From an uncultured Clostridia bacterium (lineage in GTDB: Bacteria > Bacillota > Clostridia > Peptostreptococcales > Anaerovoracaceae): DNA of 50,147 bases. Location of the stretch: positions 1 through 50,147 of the forward strand of contig CALBZG010000119.1 in NCBI GenBank assembly GCA_937889655.1. Direction: 5' to 3'. Position numbers and translations under genes: made by a program. Shown here piece by piece: positions 44,690 to 50,147 of this stretch (position 1 is the first letter of the stretch; each line of letters opens with the position of its first letter). The notes under the pieces are model-generated. The model did not search any database. It saw nothing but the letters and a program-made list of their open reading frames with translations, and was not told the DNA's origin.

Positions 44690-46162
44690 ATGAGTTTTCT
44701 GATTCTTGCAGTACCGGTAATCGCCGCGCTGCTGATGATAACCAACAGAATTATTAGGAGAATGCATATAATCAGCCTGGCAGCTTCCGGAACAATGCTG
44801 GTATCCGCAATTCCCATCACAAGCGATATTTTAGCTTTTGGGAAAATAGAATCTTCGTTCATGGGGGGATTCCTATATTTGGATGCGCTCAGCGTGATCG
44901 TATTGGATATCGTCGTGTTGATCGGTTTTTTGGCCTGCATATATTCTGTTGGATATCTGAAACGCGAAATCCTTCTGGGGGCATTTGACTTTAAGAGGGT
45001 CCGGCTTTATTATGTCCTAATGTTTTCCTTCATGTTTACAATGCTGCTGGCCCTTTCGGTCAAAAATGTCGGCATCATGTGGATCGCAATTGAAGCAACG
45101 ACTCTGGCCTCGGCATTTCTTGTGGGTTTCTATAACGACAGATATGCCCTTGAAGCCGCCTGGAAATATATCATGATCTGCTCTGTCGGCATTGCCTTGG
45201 CAATGCTGGGGATCATATTTCTGAACCTTTCAGCCATGGCCGCCTTGGACAGTTCAGCGCAGCTCGACTGGACAGCTCTGATGGATAACGCCGGCAGCCT
45301 GAAACCCTCATCCGTCAGGCTTGCCTTTATTTTCATCCTTGTGGGTTTCGGGACAAAGGCAGGACTGGCGCCTATGCATACATGGCTGCCGGATGCCCAT
45401 AGCCAGGCGCCTGCACCAATAAGTGCGCTGCTTTCCGGTGTGCTGCTTAATAGTGCAATGTATGGAATCATTCGAATCACTGCTGTGACCAATAAAAATA
45501 TGGGAAGCAGTGAATTCTCCGGCAACTTGCTGATTCTCCTTGGCATGCTTTCTATTCTGACCGCAAGCGTTTTCATTCTGACCCAAAAAGATTATAAAAG
45601 ACTGCTAGCCTATTCCAGTATCGAGCACATGGGGATCATTGCCGTTGCTATAGGTTTTTTTACACCGGCGTCTATATTCGGCGGGTTGTTTCATATGCTC
45701 AATCACTCGCTGACAAAATCCATGCTTTTTTTCTGCTCCGGCACCATCCTTCAGAAATACGGCACAAGGCAAATTACGAAAATCAAAGGCGCCATCAAGC
45801 TCCTTCCCTATACAGGTACAGCATTTTTGCTTGGATTGTTTGCCATTGCGGGAACGCCTCCGTTCAGCATTTTTGCAAGTGAATTCAGCATAATGTCAGC
45901 AATTTTCAAAGAGGGGGATTTCATCATCGGCTCTGTTCTTATCATGCTGCTGGCTTTTGTTTTCGCAGGCATCGCCATAGCTTTATTCAGGATTTTTTAC
46001 GGGACAAGCAGCATGGAAACACCACAGCCTGGCGAAATCAATATCCCGGGAACTATAGCCGCCTTGATCCTTCTGCTCATGATAAGTACCATGGGGCTGC
46101 TGATACCGGAACAATTGAAGGAATTGCTTCATAATGCGCAAAATATCATATACGGATCATAA
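44690..46162 (+). CDS. NuoM/N / HyfF-like antiporter-type membrane subunit
   Basis: 490 aa with the block GLAPMHTWLPDAHSQAPAPISALLSGVLLNSAMYG. Confidence 0.8.
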   Translation: MSFLILAVPVIAALLMITNRIIRRMHIISLAASGTMLVSAIPITSDILAFGKIESSFMGGFLYLDALSVIVLDIVVLIGFLACIYSVGYLKREILLGAFDFKRVRLYYVLMFSFMFTMLLALSVKNVGIMWIAIEATTLASAFLVGFYNDRYALEAAWKYIMICSVGIALAMLGIIFLNLSAMAALDSSAQLDWTALMDNAGSLKPSSVRLAFIFILVGFGTKAGLAPMHTWLPDAHSQAPAPISALLSGVLLNSAMYGIIRITAVTNKNMGSSEFSGNLLILLGMLSILTASVFILTQKDYKRLLAYSSIEHMGIIAVAIGFFTPASIFGGLFHMLNHSLTKSMLFFCSGTILQKYGTRQITKIKGAIKLLPYTGTAFLLGLFAIAGTPPFSIFASEFSIMSAIFKEGDFIIGSVLIMLLAFVFAGIAIALFRIFYGTSSMETPQPGEINIPGTIAALILLLMISTMGLLIPEQLKELLHNAQNIIYGS

Positions 46163-46195
46163 CCGGGGAAATCCCGTTGAAAGGAACGAAATATC

Positions 46196-47776
46196 GTGTT
46201 AACAAAATTTATGGCCGGGATACAGGGGGCCTTTGGTCCAAGTATCCTCAAAAGCAGCGTCTGCAATCGGAATGAACTATATATCGATGTGGAACCGGAA
46301 CGAGCGCCGATGATCTGCACATATCTTTGCAGCGAGCTCGGATATCCGCTGGTTTCCATGTTTGCCTGCGATGAGCGTGAATTGACGAACCGCTTTTTCG
46401 TTTACTATGTTTTTGCCGACAGAAAAAATACAAAGCTGGTCATTATCAGAGTAGCCGTTGATCCGGCCAAGATGGAGATAAGATCCCTCAGCGGAAAGGT
46501 TTACGCTGCGGCTCGCTATGAACGGGAAATAAAGGATCTTTTCGGAATTGTTCCCGTAGGGCATCATAATCCGAAAAGGCTTGTATTCCATAGCAACTGG
46601 CCGAAAGGGGCATACCCTCTAAGAAAGGATTACGAAATCAGCCACCGCCCTGATGTTGCAAGGGAGACGATCAAATTCCAAAAGGTCAGGGGCGAAGGAG
46701 TTTATGAAATACCTGTGGGGCCGGTCCATGCAGGAATCATCGAACCGGGACATTTTCGCTTCAGTGTGGCGGGAGAACCGATCATCAATTTGGAGGCCCA
46801 GCTCTATTACACCCACAAAGGGATCGAAAAGCTCTGTGAAGGGAAAAGCATCGAACAATGCCTCTATATCGCCGAAAGAATTTCCGGTGATGAGACGTTC
46901 GCTAATTCATTGGCTTATTGCCAGGCAGTTGAAAAAATCGGCGATATCAGGATTCCGGGCCGGGCGCAATATACGAGGGTCGTATTTGCCGAGCTGGAAA
47001 GACTGATTTGCCATCTTGGCGATTTGGGCGGCATTTGCCTTGATACCGGTTATGGCTTTGCCAACGGACAGTTCAGAATGCTGAGAGGATGGGCGTATAA
47101 TATCGCTGATGAGCTGTGCGGAATGAGATTCTTGCGCAGCGTGAACCGGATCGGCGGTGTCCGAAAGGACTTTATTGCCGGTAAGGAAGCCGTGGTGATC
47201 CAACTGTTGAAAAAGCTGCACACCGAATTGACGGACACTGTCGGGATCATAAAATCCAACAGTATGTTTATGGATAGAGTCGAAAATACTGGAATTCTAA
47301 AGACCAAGACTGCGGGGGACCTGAATGCTGTTGGCCCGGGCGGAAGAGCTTCGGGAATCGGACATGATGTACGGAAGGACTTTCCTTATGAAGCATATGG
47401 AGAACTCAAGCTTAAAATTCCGGTGTATTATTACGGAGACGTAAACTGCAGGATGAATGTCAAAATCGACGAATGCTTCCAGTCGTTAGAAATGATCATC
47501 TCTGCGCTGGAGTCCATGCCGGAAGGCAAGATAACGGGACAGGTCGGACTTCTAGAGCCATATCGCTTTTCCTTCGGCATGACGGAGGCGCCGCGGGGAG
47601 AGAACATCCATTTTGTCATGACGGGAGAAAACAACACACTACTCCGCTATAAAATCAGAACTCCTTCTTTCTGCAATTGGCCGGCTTTATGCGTTGCCGT
47701 GAAAGGGAATATCGTTCCGGATTTCCCGCTCATAAACAAGAGCTTCAATCTATCTTATGCAGGCAACGATTTATAA
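46196..47776 (+). CDS. HycE/HyfG-like (NuoC-NuoD fusion) large subunit lacking the [NiFe]-binding cysteines (EhrL-like)
   Basis: NuoC-like N-terminal domain followed by GPVHAGIIEPGHFRFSV...THKGIEK. The expected ER-x-C-G-x-C-x3-H site reads ERISGDETFAN (46874-46906). The expected C-terminal D-P-C-x2-C-x-D-R site reads NLSYAGNDL (47747-47773). Confidence 0.85.
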   Translation: MLTKFMAGIQGAFGPSILKSSVCNRNELYIDVEPERAPMICTYLCSELGYPLVSMFACDERELTNRFFVYYVFADRKNTKLVIIRVAVDPAKMEIRSLSGKVYAAARYEREIKDLFGIVPVGHHNPKRLVFHSNWPKGAYPLRKDYEISHRPDVARETIKFQKVRGEGVYEIPVGPVHAGIIEPGHFRFSVAGEPIINLEAQLYYTHKGIEKLCEGKSIEQCLYIAERISGDETFANSLAYCQAVEKIGDIRIPGRAQYTRVVFAELERLICHLGDLGGICLDTGYGFANGQFRMLRGWAYNIADELCGMRFLRSVNRIGGVRKDFIAGKEAVVIQLLKKLHTELTDTVGIIKSNSMFMDRVENTGILKTKTAGDLNAVGPGGRASGIGHDVRKDFPYEAYGELKLKIPVYYYGDVNCRMNVKIDECFQSLEMIISALESMPEGKITGQVGLLEPYRFSFGMTEAPRGENIHFVMTGENNTLLRYKIRTPSFCNWPALCVAVKGNIVPDFPLINKSFNLSYAGNDL

Positions 47777-47788
47777 AGGAAGAAAACC

Positions 47789-48571
47789 ATGTTAGATAAA
47801 ACCAAAAAAATATTAAAATATAAAATCCTTACGCAAGATTATCCGAAAGTGCAGCCGGACATGAGCCTTTGGGCTGGAAATCCCATGATCAATAGTTCTA
47901 AATGCAATGGGTGCGGCGAATGTGTCGGGAGATGCCCATCCGGTGCCATTATTTGGAATAAGGATTCCGAAGCGCCTTACATCGACTTTGACCGGTGTAT
48001 TTTCTGCTTGTTGTGTCATGAAGTTTGTCAGGCGGGAGCTGTTGATCTAATCAAGGAATTCCAGATGGCCCGGAAGGAAAAGCGAAATTTCAAATACGAG
48101 GCTGTTGGAGCTGGAGCCGATGACACAGAAGCTTCTTTAGATGCTTTGGGTATGGAACTGCAATCTAAAATTAAAAAATTGTATGGCAGAAGTTTGATGG
48201 TACGGGAAGTGGATGCGGGCTCCTGCAACGGCTGCGACTGTGAAATCAACGCTGTAACCAATCCTTTCAATGAAATCGAACGATTTGGGATCAGCTTTGT
48301 CGCTTCGCCCAGACACGCGGATATGCTCCTTGTGACCGGTATATGCACCAGGAATATGCAGGAAGCACTGCTCAAGACATACCAGGCAACTCCCGATCCT
48401 AAGCTTGTAGTAGCAGTGGGATCCTGTGCCTGCTCAGGCGGGATATTCAGGGATACCTACGCTTCCGGAAATGGCATCGACGGCATCGTACCGGTAGATG
48501 TCTACATACGCGGATGCCCTCCGAGGCCACAGACTATTATTTATGGAATTTTAAAAGCGCTGGATCGTTAG
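47789..48571 (+). CDS. Fusion of a 2x[4Fe-4S] ferredoxin domain to a NuoB/HycG-like small subunit (EhrS-like)
   Basis: N-terminal CNGCGECVGRCP and CIFCLLCHEVC motifs. The C-terminal NuoB-like module keeps its cluster cysteines (GSCNGCDCE, GSCACSGG, GCPPRP). Confidence 0.85.
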   Translation: MLDKTKKILKYKILTQDYPKVQPDMSLWAGNPMINSSKCNGCGECVGRCPSGAIIWNKDSEAPYIDFDRCIFCLLCHEVCQAGAVDLIKEFQMARKEKRNFKYEAVGAGADDTEASLDALGMELQSKIKKLYGRSLMVREVDAGSCNGCDCEINAVTNPFNEIERFGISFVASPRHADMLLVTGICTRNMQEALLKTYQATPDPKLVVAVGSCACSGGIFRDTYASGNGIDGIVPVDVYIRGCPPRPQTIIYGILKALDR

Positions 48572-48588
48572 CCTTACGATAAAGATAG

Positions 48589-48627
48589 GACCTGCTCCAT
48601 GGATTAAAACCGGAGCAGGTTTTTTTA
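48589..48627 (+). terminator. Intrinsic terminator closing the six-gene operon
   Basis: CCTGCTCC-loop-GGAGCAGG followed by a T7 run. Confidence 0.75.
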
Positions 48628-48710
48628 ACATTTCTACGCTTGTGTTTTTTTTAACAAAGTGATATGATATTATCCATGATTTACTTATTCTGCAGGAGGG
48701 CAACAGGAAC

Positions 48711-49364
48711 ATGGATATCGATAATATTATTGTAACAGCAGCAGAAATGAAGGAAATTGAGAAAAAAGCAGCAGATAAAGGATTGTCCTATTACCAAATG
48801 ATGGAGAACGCAGGCACGGCGGCGTCGGATTTTATTAAAAGCAAAGAAAAAATCAAAGATAAGAGTGTTCTTGTTTTCTGCGGCAAAGGCAATAATGGCG
48901 GAGATGGATATGTGGTCGCCAGAAAACTTCGCCAGGATGGTGGGGATGTGAAGCTTGTTATGGTAGACGGTGAGCCAAAAACCCCGGAAGCGATCCGAAA
49001 TAAAATGATTTGCGAAGAACTGGCCATACCGATATTGAGGGTCAATGATTTGACGGTGCAGATCGTTGACAAGGCTTTTATAATTGTCGACGGTATCTAC
49101 GGAACGGGCTTTAGCGGCGTACTCAGAAAAGAAGCTCATGATGCCACGAAATTGATCAATGATTCTCCCGCCAGGATATATTCTCTGGACATTCCAAGCG
49201 GAGTCAACGGAGACAGCGGGAGTGCGGACCCCGATGCGGTAGAAGCTTATTACACCATTGTTTTCCACCGGTATAAACCCGCTCACAAGATGGCTTCAGC
49301 CCAAAAATATTGCGGGAATCTGGTTCTTGCGGATATCGGCATCGACTCCGTTCAGGGGGTTTGA
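48711..49364 (+). CDS. nnrE: NAD(P)H-hydrate epimerase (stand-alone YjeF N-terminal domain)
   Basis: The block VLVFCGKGNNGGDGYVVARKL...VDGIYGTGF...SLDIPSG is typical of YjeF_N. The ORF stops after about 217 aa, with no fused dehydratase domain. Confidence 0.8.
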   Translation: MDIDNIIVTAAEMKEIEKKAADKGLSYYQMMENAGTAASDFIKSKEKIKDKSVLVFCGKGNNGGDGYVVARKLRQDGGDVKLVMVDGEPKTPEAIRNKMICEELAIPILRVNDLTVQIVDKAFIIVDGIYGTGFSGVLRKEAHDATKLINDSPARIYSLDIPSGVNGDSGSADPDAVEAYYTIVFHRYKPAHKMASAQKYCGNLVLADIGIDSVQGV

Positions 49365-49486
49365 AAATTGGAGCCCACCGTTGATCAATGAAGATTTGCA
49401 TAAGCCGGTTTTGGAGGGCCTCGAGCCCCCGGACCGGTATTTTTATTGGGGCTGCGCTTGTCGTCAAAAGGATTGAAATCAGGCAT

Positions 49487-49515
49487 TTGACAAATCAATA
49501 TGAAAAGAATACAAT
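49487..49515 (+). promoter_or_regulatory. Sigma-A promoter upstream of the isochorismatase-family gene
   Basis: TTGACA, 17-nt spacer, TACAAT. Confidence 0.5.
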
Positions 49516-49574
49516 GGCAAAAATAATGATGAATCGGATCAAGCTTTTGAATCGAGATATAAAGAGGTATTCAT

Positions 49575-50141
49575 ATGAATAAAGTGCTGATCGTAGTTGA
49601 CATGCAGAATGATTTCATCGATGGAGCACTGGGCACTCCGGAGGCTCAGTCAATCGTTCCGAAAGTGATCCAGAAGATAAGGAGGCACGAGGGCCTGGTT
49701 ATTTACACCCGGGACACCCACACAAAGGATTATCCTGAAACTCTGGAGGGACGAAATCTGCCGGTTTCCCATTGTATCGAAGGGAGCCATGGATGGGAAC
49801 TTCAAGAAAATATTGCCCGCCTCGCTTTGCAAAAACAGCCAAAGATTTTCGACAAAAACACTTTCGGATCCAAGGATCTGGTAAACTATTTAATTGAAAA
49901 AGATGAGGAGCAGAAAATCGATGAAATTGAACTGATCGGCCTCTGCACGGATATATGCGTTATCGCGAATGCGCTTACAATCAAGACCTTCCTGCCCGAG
50001 ATCCCTATCAAGGTGGATGCATCCTGCTGTGCCGGCGTTACCCCGGAAAGCCATGAACATGCTTTGAAATCTATGGAGTCTTGCCAAATTACGGTCGAGA
50101 AACCGAGACTGGTGATCGATGAGAAGGACCTGATGGATTGA
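49575..50141 (+). CDS. pncA: Isochorismatase-family cysteine hydrolase, nicotinamidase-like
   Basis: LIVVDMQNDFIDGALG start and catalytic-Cys block LIGLCTDICV. AGAGG RBS. Substrate is inferred only from family resemblance and the NAD-repair neighbour. Confidence 0.7.
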   Translation: MNKVLIVVDMQNDFIDGALGTPEAQSIVPKVIQKIRRHEGLVIYTRDTHTKDYPETLEGRNLPVSHCIEGSHGWELQENIARLALQKQPKIFDKNTFGSKDLVNYLIEKDEEQKIDEIELIGLCTDICVIANALTIKTFLPEIPIKVDASCCAGVTPESHEHALKSMESCQITVEKPRLVIDEKDLMD

Positions 50142-50147
50142 GTGATA

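Noticed and set aside
48681-49286. 201-aa ORF antisense to the epimerase gene
   Set aside because: The sense-strand product has clear YjeF_N motifs. The antisense translation has no recognisable domain and no RBS.
1-50147. Search for CRISPR arrays, IS elements or transposases, integrases, prophage genes, toxin-antitoxin pairs and defence systems
   Set aside because: I saw no regularly spaced direct repeats, no terminal inverted repeats bracketing a gene, and no ORF with transposase, recombinase, nuclease or ATPase defence-type motifs. The only repeats are the permease-associated element and the duplicated tRNA-Val.

Overview
This is a chromosomal segment from an anaerobic, amino-acid-fermenting Firmicute, probably Clostridia-like. 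Supporting signs are GGAGG-type ribosome binding sites, TTGACA-N17-TATAAT promoters, a T-box leader, ferredoxin-dependent 2-oxoacid oxidoreductases and an Etf-linked dehydrogenase. I found no transposase, integrase, phage gene or CRISPR array.

Gene content, in order:
- Histidine-utilisation genes (hutU', hutI, a split ftcD-type cyclodeaminase and formimidoyltransferase) run directly into a four-subunit 2-oxoglutarate:ferredoxin oxidoreductase.
- An orphan larB.
- An ArsR/SmtB repressor with its palindromic operator, followed by a Cd/Zn-type P1B ATPase.
- An amidohydrolase, alr, a membrane protein and a GT4 glycosyltransferase.
- A decayed yegP-like pseudogene.
- An FAD-dependent dehydrogenase with EtfB and a ferredoxin-fused EtfA.
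- A LuxR-type regulator, a D-aminoacylase and an NhaC transporter.
- A four-subunit Por/Vor-type oxidoreductase operon behind a T-box leader whose specifier I read as Ile (AUC).
- MarR, FtsH and a CopA carrying an extra C-terminal metal-binding domain.
- Two tandem APC permease paralogues embedded in a thrice-repeated promoter plus 3'-hairpin module.
- Two paralogous tRNA-Val genes with unusual anticodon loops, flanking a MOT/SulP-like transporter.
- A lipoprotein serpin.
- NAD repair and salvage genes.

The most interesting feature is a six-gene Hyf/Ech-like membrane complex operon at about 40.9-48.6 kb. Its hydrogenase-type large subunit has lost all four [NiFe] cysteine ligands. Its NuoB-like small subunit keeps its cluster cysteines and is fused to a 2x[4Fe-4S] ferredoxin domain. 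This matches the Ehr-type (energy-converting-hydrogenase-related) complexes, whose function is unknown.

All calls come from reading the translations and the DNA by eye. No database search was run.
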